64,000 nt of DNA from a virus. The stretch is from positions 32,001 through 96,000 of the IMG/VR virus record IMGVR_UViG_3300038406_000196; one strand, 5' to 3'. Each line of letters begins with the position of its first letter. Position 1 is the first letter of the stretch. A model generated the notes under the pieces. The model made no database searches. It saw only the letters and a program-made list of their open reading frames with translations, and had not been told where the DNA came from. Below are positions 54,838 through 64,000 of the stretch, in pieces. The translations under genes and the position numbers were made by a program.

Positions 54838-55635
54838 ATGGACGTAACCGCTGTCTCGCGCCGCCGGCCGCGACGCCGGCAGGTGATGCCGCGCCCGCTG
54901 CGGCCAGTGGTCGCCGCCGCCGTGGCCCTCGGCGCCTGGCAGGCATACGTGGTCGGCAGGGACATTCCGGCGTTCTTCCTTCCCGGCCCGCTCGCCGTTG
55001 GCGGTGCCCTGGGTGACCGGCTGCCCTATCTGGCGCAGCAGTCCGCCGTCACCGCCGGTCACACCCTCGCCGGACTCGCCATAGCTGCCGCGGCGGGCAT
55101 CGCCGTAGCGGTCCCGCTTGCCGCGACGGAGTGGCTGAGGGACGCTATCCTGCCGCTGCTCGTCGCCGTCCAAGCCGTCCCGAAGGTGGCGCTGGCGCCC
55201 CTGCTGCTGATCTGGATCGGCTACGGCCACACCCCCAAGGTCGCGCTTACGGCGATGATGTGCTTCTTCCCGATCGTCATCGCCACCCTGACCGGGCTCA
55301 CCTCCACCCCAGCCGATCTGGTCGAGATGGCCAAGGCGAACACCGCCCCCCGCTGGCGGATCTTCCTGCAGGTGCGGGCACCGTGGGCGTTGCCGCAGAT
55401 GTTCTCCGGGTTCAAGGTGGCCGCCTCGCTGGCGCTGATCGGGGCGGTGGTGGCGCAGATGTCCCAGCCGGATGTGGGACTCGGGGCGGTGGTGGCGCGG
55501 TCCGCGCAGATCGGCAACACCACCGCCGCGTTCGCCGCGATCTGGTGTCTGTCCGCCATCGGCGTCACCCTGTTCGCCGCCCTGGTTGTGGCGGAGCGGC
55601 TGCTGCTGCCCTGGGCTCGGGTGGTGACCGCATGA
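54838..55635 (+). CDS. ABC transporter permease (TauC/SsuC type)
   Basis: QAVPKVALAPLLLIW.GYG..PK, FFPIV, PWALPQMFSGFKVA. Confidence 0.9.
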   Translation: MDVTAVSRRRPRRRQVMPRPLRPVVAAAVALGAWQAYVVGRDIPAFFLPGPLAVGGALGDRLPYLAQQSAVTAGHTLAGLAIAAAAGIAVAVPLAATEWLRDAILPLLVAVQAVPKVALAPLLLIWIGYGHTPKVALTAMMCFFPIVIATLTGLTSTPADLVEMAKANTAPRWRIFLQVRAPWALPQMFSGFKVAASLALIGAVVAQMSQPDVGLGAVVARSAQIGNTTAAFAAIWCLSAIGVTLFAALVVAERLLLPWARVVTA

Positions 55636-55826
55636 CCGGACGCGAACGGCTTCAGTGGACGCTCGCCGTCGGGGCGCTGCTGGCCGCGCTCGCCGCCGTG
55701 GTCGCATACGAGTATCACGGCAACCAGCGGCCCGACCATCCGCAAGACTGCACCCCTCACACGGGGCCGCCGGGTCCGAGCCACCCGGCGGCCCCCCTAC
55801 CCCCAGAGGAGGACCCGCGTGGATGA
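55632..55826 (+). CDS. Small membrane protein
   Basis: ATGA coupling. Confidence 0.55.
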   Translation: MTGRERLQWTLAVGALLAALAAVVAYEYHGNQRPDHPQDCTPHTGPPGPSHPAAPLPPEEDPRG

Positions 55827-56094
55827 TGGCAGTCGACCGGCGCCGGCAGGTGTCGCGGTCGCCGCTGCGGCAGTGCACCTGGCACGGGCCCACCGAGTGC
55901 TCCTGGCCGCCGAGCCCGACCCGGCGACCAGTGCCGAACTGGCCCGAGGGATGGTGGCCGTGCTGCGCTGGGTGGCTGCGGTTGGGTTCATGCTGAGCGA
56001 AGATCATCCGACCGGATCAACGGCGTACGGGGCCTGGTTTGAGGTGGCCGCCAAGGCGGCCGAGGCGGGCCAGCAGTTGGAACAGCTGCCGTGA
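55819..56094 (+). CDS. Hypothetical protein
   Basis: GGAGG RBS. Confidence 0.6.
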   Translation: MDDGSRPAPAGVAVAAAAVHLARAHRVLLAAEPDPATSAELARGMVAVLRWVAAVGFMLSEDHPTGSTAYGAWFEVAAKAAEAGQQLEQLP

Positions 56095-56504
56095 CCGTCG
56101 AACCGGAAACCCACGAAGCCCAGGACGTGGATGATCCCGACCCGGGCGTGGCAGGGCTCGCGGGCCTGTACGGGGTGGGTGTCACCATCCGAGACCTGGC
56201 CGCAGCCACTGGCCGTAGCTACGGGTGGGTGCGGCAGCGGCTGGACGATGCGGGTGTGACGTTGCGGGAGCGGGGTTGGCCCCAGGGCCCCCTCGACCCG
56301 CCGCCGGAGCTGCCGCCTGCAGGCAAGCGGCTACGCGGCGCCGCGCGGACAAGGGTGGCCAAGCAGATGCTGGAGTACCGCGAGATGGGCTACACGGTGC
56401 GTCGGATCGCAGCCGGTTATGGCCTCAACCGCGCGACAGTCGACAGGCTGCTGGGCGAGGCGTCAGTCCTCGACCAGCTGAACGACAACGAGAGGAAGGT
56501 ATGA
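56091..56504 (+). CDS. Tandem HTH protein
   Basis: Y..G.TIRDLAAATGRSYGWV..L..AGVTLR and a second HTH. Confidence 0.75.
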   Translation: MTVEPETHEAQDVDDPDPGVAGLAGLYGVGVTIRDLAAATGRSYGWVRQRLDDAGVTLRERGWPQGPLDPPPELPPAGKRLRGAARTRVAKQMLEYREMGYTVRRIAAGYGLNRATVDRLLGEASVLDQLNDNERKV

Positions 56505-57166
56505 CCAGCAACATGACGACCCCCCAGAGAGGATTGAGGTTGAGGACCAGACTTGCGGCCATCGGTGTGACGGTTGGACTGCTAGCCGGTGCGTGTGGTG
56601 CCGACGAGCCCGACAGCAACATCCCGCAGGCCGACGGTGGCGGAGGCGGCTGCGAGGAGTCGGGTAGCGACGACAACGCCCGGTCGGGCGACCACCAGCC
56701 GGACAGCGGCGCCTGGGAGGCAGTGGCGCAGACCGGCGGCTGGGAACCCGCGACAGAGCCGTACGCCGTCGGCGAGCAGTTCACCGTCGGCGACTGGGAG
56801 CTTTCGGTGATCCGGATCGACTACGACGCGACGGAACTGATCGCCTCCACCGGCGCGGTGGGAGACAGCTACAACGGCAAGCCGGTTGAAGCCTGGCAGT
56901 GGGTGCTGGTTGAGGCGGTAATGACCTACGGCGGGCCGGAAGAGTCGTCGGCACCGACCGTCGACCTTGAAAGCGGCTTCGTCGACCGCAACGGCGAGCT
57001 GCATCCCGGCTATCAGTGCCCCACCGAAAGCCACACCGAGATGCCCCGTGGCGAGAGCGCTGCCGGGATCTCGCTCGTACCGGTGCCGCCTGAGCAGGTC
57101 GTCGGCGGCCTTTGGGGGGTTGGCCCAGCCGACCCCGCAATCGATGACCTGATCTTCGTCCGCTAG
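56501..57166 (+). CDS. Lipoprotein (DUF4352-like)
   Basis: LAGAC lipobox; beta-rich domain. Confidence 0.7.
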   Translation: MTSNMTTPQRGLRLRTRLAAIGVTVGLLAGACGADEPDSNIPQADGGGGGCEESGSDDNARSGDHQPDSGAWEAVAQTGGWEPATEPYAVGEQFTVGDWELSVIRIDYDATELIASTGAVGDSYNGKPVEAWQWVLVEAVMTYGGPEESSAPTVDLESGFVDRNGELHPGYQCPTESHTEMPRGESAAGISLVPVPPEQVVGGLWGVGPADPAIDDLIFVR

Positions 57167-57205
57167 GCATCACTGACGAGCACCTGAGCCACTGAGGAGG
57201 AGACC

Positions 57206-57856
57206 TTGACCGACAACACTGCGCCATTCGACTACTCGCCCTACCGCGACGTACTCAAACCCGAGTTCGCCGACTACCTGAAGCACGAGCCCGACGCCTC
57301 TCGGGTGTGGAGTTTCTCCCCGGCCGTGGTCGCCGGCTGGCTGCAAACCGACGACTACATGCTGGCGCTCAACCGTGGCACCGGCGACCCGGAGACACCC
57401 GACGAGGTCCGCGCCCGGCGCGTGAAGGTCCGACAGGCCCGGCGTCGGCTGCTGGAAACCGCCACCGAGGTGCGCATCGTGATGGCCGAGATGGTGTTCT
57501 GGCGGCAGGTCGCCCCGGACTGCCCGAGTGACGCGATCATGCGGGAGCAGCTGGACCGGATCAGGCAGGCCGACACCGCGCCGAACGTGACCGTGCAGGT
57601 GCTGCCGATGGGTCGCAGCCTGCTCCGGGGCGCGTCCGCCACCTTCACCGTGCTCGGGTTCCCGGACCGGGGCGGGCTGGCGGGTGGGCTGGTGTACCGG
57701 GAAGGGTTCGACTCGGAGGCGCTGTCCTTCGACCCGGAGCGGGTTGAGCTGTACGAGGACCACTTCCAGCGGCTCAGTGCCGCATCGGTCGACATCGAAA
57801 CCTACCTAGCAATGGCAGCCGAGCGCACGCCGCCGTCTTGGCTCAGGGGCGCCTGA
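57206..57856 (+). CDS. Stand-alone DUF5753 domain protein
   Basis: V.G.LQT.DY...R..RQ...E....RQV...MREQL.R......PNVTVQVLP...F.VL.F...VY.E; no HTH. Confidence 0.8.
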   Translation: MTDNTAPFDYSPYRDVLKPEFADYLKHEPDASRVWSFSPAVVAGWLQTDDYMLALNRGTGDPETPDEVRARRVKVRQARRRLLETATEVRIVMAEMVFWRQVAPDCPSDAIMREQLDRIRQADTAPNVTVQVLPMGRSLLRGASATFTVLGFPDRGGLAGGLVYREGFDSEALSFDPERVELYEDHFQRLSAASVDIETYLAMAAERTPPSWLRGA

Positions 57857-57873
57857 CCCTGGAGACGACGAAG

Positions 57874-57922
57874 GACGCCGCCCGCACCCCGGCCCCGGAG
57901 GGCAAGAGGTGCGGGCGGCGTC
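57874..57922. terminator. Bidirectional terminator at convergence of accessory and late operons
   Basis: GACGCCGCCCGCACC...GGTGCGGGCGGCGTC. Confidence 0.8.
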
Positions 57923-57954
57923 AGGGTGGGAGGAATGAAGCTGCGGGGGTGCTG

Positions 57955-58293
57955 CTACTGGCGCTGCCGGACCACCATCGGCTGGTTCGGGATGGCCCAG
58001 ACGAACACCACGGCGCCGACGGCAAGCGCGAAGTTGATCCACTCGGCGTTGGTCATCCCGTCGGTGACCGCACCGGCGAGGAAGTTCAGCCCGGCGAGCA
58101 GCGCAGCGATGATCGTCTTGGCGTGCCGGTAGCCGGCCACGTTCGCCGTGATCCACACGGCGGCGGCGGTCAGCCCCGCGATCCCGACCTCGATCCACTC
58201 CACGTCGGTGATGATGTTGTCGGTCAGCGCCGACGCAAGGAACGTAGCGGCTGCGAACAGGAACGCGACGATCGCCTTCGCATACTGAGACAC
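57955..58293 (-). CDS. Holin-like 4-TM protein (internally duplicated)
   Basis: AKAIVA...ITDVEWI / AKTIIA...MTNAEWI...PN; AAGGAGG RBS. Confidence 0.75.
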   Translation of the reverse strand: MSQYAKAIVAFLFAAATFLASALTDNIITDVEWIEVGIAGLTAAAVWITANVAGYRHAKTIIAALLAGLNFLAGAVTDGMTNAEWINFALAVGAVVFVWAIPNQPMVVRQRQ

Positions 58294-58355
58294 GGTGCCC
58301 CTCCTTGGGCCTGTTCCCGACCACCATGGCCGGGGGTTCTCGCGGCGGTGGGCCA

Positions 58356-58646
58356 TCAGACCCGCGGCGGCCAGCACCAGGAGCCGGGTGGGATTTCGCC
58401 GTCGCCCGGCAGCCCCTGCGGCACGTTGAACTCGGGGAACCCGCCGGTGCCGGCGTTGATGCCGGAGGCGGCCGGGGTGAACACCCACAGGTGGACGTGG
58501 GACTCATCGGTGAGCGCGGGAACCTGCCCGGCTTCGACGCCGCGCGGGTCGAGCGTGTCGACCGTGGCGGTGACGATGGCGGCGCGCATGGTGTGCAGTC
58601 CCTGCCTGCCCCGGTAGTGGATGATCCTTCCGAGCGTCGGCTTCAC
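58356..58646 (-). CDS. Phage hypothetical protein (KPT.GRI.HY...W.WPPRV)
   Basis: AAAGGAG RBS. Confidence 0.75.
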   Translation of the reverse strand: MKPTLGRIIHYRGRQGLHTMRAAIVTATVDTLDPRGVEAGQVPALTDESHVHLWVFTPAASGINAGTGGFPEFNVPQGLPGDGEIPPGSWCWPPRV

Positions 58647-58774
58647 CCTGGCTCCTTTCGTACGGCTGTGCTAGGTTGACGCGTACAGCGTCGACTGGGA
58701 CCATGGACTGCGACGGCGCGCAGATCCTCGGCAAGGGATACCCGAGGTACACCACCACCGGGTGGTGAACTCGG

Positions 58775-59023
58775 CTAGCCGCCGTCCTTGCCCGGCGTGG
58801 GTGGCACGTCTGTGTCCGACCCGCGCAGCGCCTGCTCCAGCTGCTCGATCCTCGCGGTCATCACGTCACGCTGCCGGTTGACCATCACGTGCACTTCCTG
58901 TACCTGGACCTGCGTCTGCTGCACCTGGGCCTGCGCCTGTTGCACCTGCCGGCGGGTGCGCCACGTCGTCACCGCGGTGACCAGCACCACCACTGCGGTC
59001 ACGAACGCCAACACCTCGGTCAC
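58775..59023 (-). CDS. TM + coiled-coil lysis-region protein
   Basis: Coupled. Confidence 0.65.
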   Translation of the reverse strand: MTEVLAFVTAVVVLVTAVTTWRTRRQVQQAQAQVQQTQVQVQEVHVMVNRQRDVMTARIEQLEQALRGSDTDVPPTPGKDGG

Positions 59024-59340
59024 GATCCACCACCTCGGTCAGCAGTCGAAGCCCTCGACCCTCCGGAGACGCCGTGGCGGGCACGCCACAGCAGCAGCAG
59101 CCACCCCACCACCACCGCATCCATCGCCCCATACACCAGCGCGTACATCCACAGCGGCGGCGTATGCCCGGTGCCCAACAAAACCAGCCCCACCGCCTCC
59201 AACATGGACACCACGGTCATGGCGAGCAGCTGCCAGCTCACCGCGTTGCGGCGCCGCAACATGCCCCGCACGTGCGCCGCCAAGAACACACCCAACAGGA
59301 CGAACAGCGCCACGATCTCGCCGACGATCAGCCCCACCAT
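59020..59340 (-). CDS. 3-TM holin-like protein
   Basis: Hydrophobic; lysis cassette. Confidence 0.65.
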   Translation of the reverse strand: MVGLIVGEIVALFVLLGVFLAAHVRGMLRRRNAVSWQLLAMTVVSMLEAVGLVLLGTGHTPPLWMYALVYGAMDAVVVGWLLLLWRARHGVSGGSRASTADRGGGS

Positions 59341-59528
59341 CAGGCACCGCCCCTCAGCGCCGCCTCAATCCACGCCGACAGCACATCCCGTGCCTGGTTG
59401 ACCTCGGGCCAGTCGCTGCGGGCCTCATGCAGCCGCCGCTCCTGCTCCCGGCGGGCCCGCACGGCAGCCTCCCGCCCCGCCGCCACGTAGTCGGCCCGCC
59501 TGCGGCGCCGCCGCCACGGCCACCTCAT
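59340..59528 (-). CDS. Small basic lysis-region protein
   Basis: MRWPW...; coupled at both ends. Confidence 0.6.
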   Translation of the reverse strand: MRWPWRRRRRRADYVAAGREAAVRARREQERRLHEARSDWPEVNQARDVLSAWIEAALRGGA

Positions 59529-59809
59529 GGCGTACCAGCCGAACCCTTGACCGCGGACAGCACAGTCCACAGCTGCCGGTCCCGCTCGTCTGCGCGGGCG
59601 TTGGCCAGCTCGGCGGAAACCCGCCAGTCGTCGGCCCGCCGCCGCTCCGCCGCCACCGCCTCCGCCTTGGCACGTTCAGCTGCCCGGTGCAAGATCCCGA
59701 ACACGGCGGCGATGCCACCGACCAGCCCGCTTTGCACCACCCACAGCACCAGCGTTGGGGGACCGTCGGCGAGGGCCTGCTGCGCGATCAGCAGATGGTA
59801 TCCGGTCAC
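59525..59809 (-). CDS. TM + coiled-coil lysis-region protein
   Basis: Downstream of endolysin. Confidence 0.65.
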   Translation of the reverse strand: MTGYHLLIAQQALADGPPTLVLWVVQSGLVGGIAAVFGILHRAAERAKAEAVAAERRRADDWRVSAELANARADERDRQLWTVLSAVKGSAGTP

Positions 59810-59815
59810 CGCAGG

Positions 59816-60820
59816 TCAACCCTCGGTGTCGCCCGCATCTGTGGCCGTGCCGAGCCGGCGGCCGATCTCGTCCACCACCTCGGTCGCATTCAGCTCCCCG
59901 GACTGGGCCCGCCCGACCAGCTCCGCCAGCTCGGCACGCTCCCGTGACGCCTCCGCGAGCAGGTCCTGCAGCTCACCCAGCTCGGCGCGGCGTTCGGCCC
60001 GCTCCCGCTGCGCGGCCTTGTCCAGCTCGGCACGCACCGCAGCCGTCACGTCCTGGCCGCCGAGCTTGGCCAGGATAGCCGCCTGCCCGGCGAGGATTTC
60101 CTTGCCGTACTTGGTGATCCGGTCCTTGCCGAGCCGGCTGTGGCCGTAGCCGGACGCCCACGCGGTCTCGGCGGTCATCGTGCCACGGTTGCTACCACCG
60201 ATCTCCGGGTACTCCTCCATGACCCACGCCGGCACCTTCAGTCGATCTTTCGGGTCCACGTCGTCGTCCTCACTTCCGTCTGCGATCTGCTTGGCACGCT
60301 TGACAATGGCGGCCTTAGCGCCAATGACTCCCGAGCCGGGGCATTCGTCGTGGCCCCAGTTCTCGCCCAGCCACTCGCGGTCCATTGCGTGATGCCCCAG
60401 ACCGCGTTCGCCCGGATGGTCAGCGATGGCGATCGGATGCCCGTAGACACGCGCCGACCAGGCCAGCAGCTGCGCGCACGCCTCCACCTGCCATGCGGTC
60501 GGCTTCGCCGGGGCGAAACCGGCCAACTCGATCGACAGCCAGGTACGGGAGCCGTCCCGTTGCGTCCAGGCGACCGCGTCGGTGTCGACCATCTGCGCCC
60601 ACTCGCCCGGCTCCTTGCCCACCACCCACGTCGAGGAGGTGGTGACCCTCGTGCCGTCGGCGTACCGCTGGTTCGGGTTCATCTGCCACCCGATCGTGCC
60701 CCGGTAGCTGCCCTGGGCGATGTGCAGCACGACACCCCGGTGAGCGGACATCGTCCCGCCGTGGTTGGGTGAGGTGTGCTGCTCGATCACCCGCCCGGCA
60801 AGCTGTTTCACGCGCGCCAT
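59816..60820 (-). CDS. Endolysin, N-acetylmuramoyl-L-alanine amidase
   Basis: VVLHIA.G...Q.VDT...AW...SIE..G...GHH...H..CPG. Confidence 0.88.
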   Translation of the reverse strand: MARVKQLAGRVIEQHTSPNHGGTMSAHRGVVLHIAQGSYRGTIGWQMNPNQRYADGTRVTTSSTWVVGKEPGEWAQMVDTDAVAWTQRDGSRTWLSIELAGFAPAKPTAWQVEACAQLLAWSARVYGHPIAIADHPGERGLGHHAMDREWLGENWGHDECPGSGVIGAKAAIVKRAKQIADGSEDDDVDPKDRLKVPAWVMEEYPEIGGSNRGTMTAETAWASGYGHSRLGKDRITKYGKEILAGQAAILAKLGGQDVTAAVRAELDKAAQRERAERRAELGELQDLLAEASRERAELAELVGRAQSGELNATEVVDEIGRRLGTATDAGDTEG

Positions 60821-60865
60821 CGGACCCTCCCTCGGGTGAGTGGCTGTACCCGGCGCACACCGGGA

Positions 60866-61396
60866 CTACGGCGGCCCGACGTATTTGATCCCCACGCTTG
60901 ACCGCAGTGAGGCCGTGGTGGCGGTGTTCAGCGCTCCGCCGCTGCTCTGCCAACCACCCAGCTCCACATAGTCTGTGGTGCCGTTCAGCAGCACCGACAC
61001 GGTCCGCATCGGGATGGTCGGCTGGGCACTGACCACCGTCGAGTTGGTGACGACGACAGTGCGCCCGGATGCCAGTAGGCTGCCGTTGAGCCACCACGCC
61101 CCGCCGCGGCGGGTGCCGCCGGAACTGGACGCGTAGCCGACGGCGCCGGACAGCTCGTACCAGCCGGCTGCGGTGGGCGTGTACCGGCTGGGGTTGACGC
61201 CGGAGTTCCAGCCGCCGAGCAGGTCGAGGTCGGCCGTGTCCCACACCAGCGCGTCGGCGACGACCGGGGTGGTGGTCTGCTGGGAGATGGACTGGGCCAC
61301 CGTCTGGTGCAGTTGCAGTACCAGCCGGCCGATCATCTGCCCGGTGTTGAGACGTTCCTCAGTGAGCCGGTTGCCCGGCAGAAACGGTGTGGTCAT
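60866..61396 (-). CDS. Minor tail/fiber protein (C1q-like beta fold)
   Basis: SRYT...AGWY....V...LNGTTDYVEL. Confidence 0.7.
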   Translation of the reverse strand: MTTPFLPGNRLTEERLNTGQMIGRLVLQLHQTVAQSISQQTTTPVVADALVWDTADLDLLGGWNSGVNPSRYTPTAAGWYELSGAVGYASSSGGTRRGGAWWLNGSLLASGRTVVVTNSTVVSAQPTIPMRTVSVLLNGTTDYVELGGWQSSGGALNTATTASLRSSVGIKYVGPP

Positions 61397-63978
61397 CAGA
61401 GTCCCACTCTCGCCGGGTGTGCAACGTGGACTGCCGAGCCCGCGTCGTGGGCGCGGACGATCCCGTTGGCGGCACGGACGACGGTGAACGTCTGCGGCGA
61501 CGACGCGCCGGTGATGTCAGTGACTTGCATCCACTCTCCGTTGATGTCAATCACCAGCGGCCCGCCGTGCAGGTCGTCGTCCCAGTCGTCCGGGTCGACA
61601 GTCCACAACCCCCGCAGCGGGCTGCTGGTGTCGGTGGCCACCGACAGAGTGGTGTCATCAGAGTCGATCCCCGAGGCGAGGGTGGACCAGTCGGTGTCGA
61701 CAGCCTGCCCGCGTGCATCCTCGGAGCCGTCTGCGGCTGCCACCTGGCCGATCTCGTACGGCCCGTACGGGGAGCAGTTGACCTCTGTCTCCCAGGCGGT
61801 GGGGCGGATCGTCTCCGCATAGCCCTGCAGGATCAGTGTCACGTCGTTTGGTGGGTGCTGGGGTGGCAGGTTGGTGACGTCGATGCGGTCGCCCGCATCC
61901 AGCGGCAGCCAGCCGGTTATCAGCCCCGGCCTCGCGTTCAGCGCAGGTGTGACGGCCGGGTAGCGCATCCCCGGCCAGGTGCCAAGGTGCAGCCGCCACG
62001 TGGCCTGGCCGGGCAGCTGGTCGTCGGAGGCGACGTTCAGCTCCACCTCGACGTTCCGCAGCCCCCGCCGGTCGATGTCGGACGGGTCGGTGGCGCGGGC
62101 AGATGATCCGTCGGTGCGGGTGACGGTCACGTCGTTGGTCGCGGCCTGGTCGTCCAGCACGGGCGCGAACGGGTTGACGATGTCGCCCTGGTTGTCCGCA
62201 TCCGCGTCCAGGGTGAGCGCCGGGTCCTGGTTGTACAGACTCACCAACGGCCGGTAGGACAGGCCCAGCGCGTCACGGGACTCGAACAGGATCCCGCCGT
62301 CGGCGTCGGCGGCGACCTGCAAAATCTCCACGAGGGTGGCGATCTGCTGCGGGCCAAGCGCCGCGCTCGCCGGGACTGCCTGCACGGCGAAGTCGTCGAA
62401 GTCGATCGGGTTGACGGTGGTGTCGAAGGAGAACCCAGCACAGCCTGCCAGTGCGGTTTCGGTGTGGGAGTGGTCGAACGCCTCGGCCATCCACTCCGAC
62501 GGCTCCTCGGTCCCGGCCGGCCACACCTTGGCCCGAAGCCGGGTGCCCGCAACCTGGCCGACCAGCTGGTACCGGTCGTTGGCCGCGAAAGCCAGGTCGA
62601 GGCGGGTCGAGGTCAGCAGTTCATACACGGTGGCGACGCGCCGCCACACGTCCAGGTGCATGACCTGGCTCCCGTCGCCGGTCGTCACGTTGATCGCGAA
62701 CTCGTAGTAGTTCCCGGTGTCGGTGTACCGGGCGAGGAGGCTGGCGTCGTACTCGCCGTCCTCGTCCGGAGCTGCGGTAAACGCCACCGACGCCGCGACC
62801 TCCACGTCCGGCTCGTCGACGGGCAGGGTGATCCACCGTCCGGAGTCGAGGCCGTCGATCACCCCGACACCGCCGGCCACGGTGAAGTCGGCCGCATCGT
62901 CGTCCGGGGTCCAGGTTTGGCCGCTGTCGGCTGTCCCCCAGCCGCCGGTGACGCTGCGGGTGAACGTGTCGGCGGCCAGCTCAGGTCGGGCCACCTGGAG
63001 AGGCAGCCGCACCTCCAGGGCCAGCCGGCGGAACCGGTCCAGCGTGCTCTCGCCGGCGAAGCCAGTGACCGCAGGCCATGTCGGCAGCGGCTGGACGAGG
63101 GCGTTGTCGTAGGCGGCCACGTGCCCCACCCGCAGCTCGTTGCCCAGGATCGCGATCGACCGTGGCCAGTCGGTCTGTGGGGCGAACGACTGGGTACCGT
63201 CGTCCACCTCCACACCGTCGACGTCGAGGGTCCAGGCCACGCCGCTTGGCGCTGGTGCCGCGTACAGGCGCACCTGGTGGTATGTGCCTCGGTCGACCGC
63301 CTCGGTCGTCAGGCTGGTGGGTGAAGTTTCGTCGTCCGGCGCCCACGTGAGTTCGATGGTGAGGGTTTCACCAGCCAGCGTGGCGTCGACGATCCACACA
63401 GCACCCTCGCCGTCGGTTACGGTCATACTCCAGACAGCCCCGCCGGGGGTGTCATCCTCTACCGCGAACACGCTCTCCACAACCCAGGACGATGACCCGG
63501 ACAGCGGCAGCGTGCACCGCAGCTCCCCGGCAGAGGTCACGCCAGCGGTGAGCCGGATGCTTGGACCTGAGCCGGGCGAGACGGGTTCCTGCCCAAGGTC
63601 CACCAGCGCCGTGCCGGTCAGCCGTGCCGGCTTCACTCCCGGTATCGGGGAGGCCACGAATGAGGCATCTTCGGCGTCCTCCAGCGGCCAGTAGGCCACC
63701 ACGCTGGGGCGGGACATCGTGGCCCGGAAGATCGCTGATTGCAGTGGCGCGGAGGTGGTTTGGAGGCGTTGCAGGATGCCAGCGCATCGGATGGTCACCA
63801 GGGCGTGGCCGCGTAGCGCCTCCTCGTCCTCCAACTGGGACAGGTCGGCGAGGTCCGACAGGTCCCCTTCGGGCCACACCGGCTCCCACGATGCGACCTG
63901 GCCGACGAACCGGACCGAACCCTGCACGGTGATCCGCACCGGTATACCGGTGACCACATCCGGGTAGTGCGATGACAT
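61396..63978 (-). CDS. Minor tail protein (start may lie beyond window)
   Basis: AYWPLED, DTFTRSV.GGWGTADSGQ.W, QTFTVVRA.NG..RAH.AG..V. Confidence 0.8.
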   Translation of the reverse strand: MSSHYPDVVTGIPVRITVQGSVRFVGQVASWEPVWPEGDLSDLADLSQLEDEEALRGHALVTIRCAGILQRLQTTSAPLQSAIFRATMSRPSVVAYWPLEDAEDASFVASPIPGVKPARLTGTALVDLGQEPVSPGSGPSIRLTAGVTSAGELRCTLPLSGSSSWVVESVFAVEDDTPGGAVWSMTVTDGEGAVWIVDATLAGETLTIELTWAPDDETSPTSLTTEAVDRGTYHQVRLYAAPAPSGVAWTLDVDGVEVDDGTQSFAPQTDWPRSIAILGNELRVGHVAAYDNALVQPLPTWPAVTGFAGESTLDRFRRLALEVRLPLQVARPELAADTFTRSVTGGWGTADSGQTWTPDDDAADFTVAGGVGVIDGLDSGRWITLPVDEPDVEVAASVAFTAAPDEDGEYDASLLARYTDTGNYYEFAINVTTGDGSQVMHLDVWRRVATVYELLTSTRLDLAFAANDRYQLVGQVAGTRLRAKVWPAGTEEPSEWMAEAFDHSHTETALAGCAGFSFDTTVNPIDFDDFAVQAVPASAALGPQQIATLVEILQVAADADGGILFESRDALGLSYRPLVSLYNQDPALTLDADADNQGDIVNPFAPVLDDQAATNDVTVTRTDGSSARATDPSDIDRRGLRNVEVELNVASDDQLPGQATWRLHLGTWPGMRYPAVTPALNARPGLITGWLPLDAGDRIDVTNLPPQHPPNDVTLILQGYAETIRPTAWETEVNCSPYGPYEIGQVAAADGSEDARGQAVDTDWSTLASGIDSDDTTLSVATDTSSPLRGLWTVDPDDWDDDLHGGPLVIDINGEWMQVTDITGASSPQTFTVVRAANGIVRAHDAGSAVHVAHPARVGL

Positions 63979-64000
63979 CGGATGGTCTGGGGTGTAGGCA

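Larger units (their letters stand above)
1..64000. mobile_element. Temperate actinobacteriophage genome segment
   Basis: Tail, endolysin, holin, repressor/Cro switch, serine integrase and early recombination/methylase genes in phage order; pervasive ATGA/GTGA coupling; no host housekeeping genes. Confidence 0.95.

Noticed and set aside
57178-57187. 10-nt match (GAGCACCTGA) to the predicted TnpB guide
   Set aside because: Too short; 9-nt matches also occur near 16533 and 17677, consistent with chance
1-64000. CRISPR array, tRNA or rRNA genes
   Set aside because: No regularly spaced repeat-spacer units or cloverleaf sequences seen by eye

Overview
A 64-kb, ~70% GC segment of a temperate actinophage, probably infecting a Micromonosporaceae-like sporulating actinomycete (inferred from its SsgB copy). 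It has four blocks. (i) 1-22.2 kb: leftward early/middle operon of tightly coupled genes (WhiB, SsgB, solo TnpB, HNH, Gp3-like/exonuclease pair, two DNA methyltransferases, BldC-like protein, Cro-like protein). (ii) 22.3-29.3 kb: repressor, PASTA protein, large serine integrase with an apparently intact attP-like inverted repeat, LPXTG protein and an RNA-repair-like pair. (iii) 29.3-57.9 kb: mostly rightward accessory region with many small ORFs, a Spd/TraB(FtsK)-like module with an intein, stacked XRE cassettes and an ABC substrate-binding protein plus permease. (iv) 57.9-64 kb: leftward tail and lysis genes. The most unusual observations are: an 807-bp antisense endonuclease gene with its own promoter inserted in frame right after the catalytic DPPY motif of a methyltransferase; recurring ORFs that bridge antisense cassettes; a dense CGGAYA motif array inside a membrane/HTH gene upstream of an FtsK lacking a DNA-binding tail; a transposase-less TnpB wired into the operon; and several captured developmental regulators. 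All calls come from reading motifs by eye. No database searches were run.
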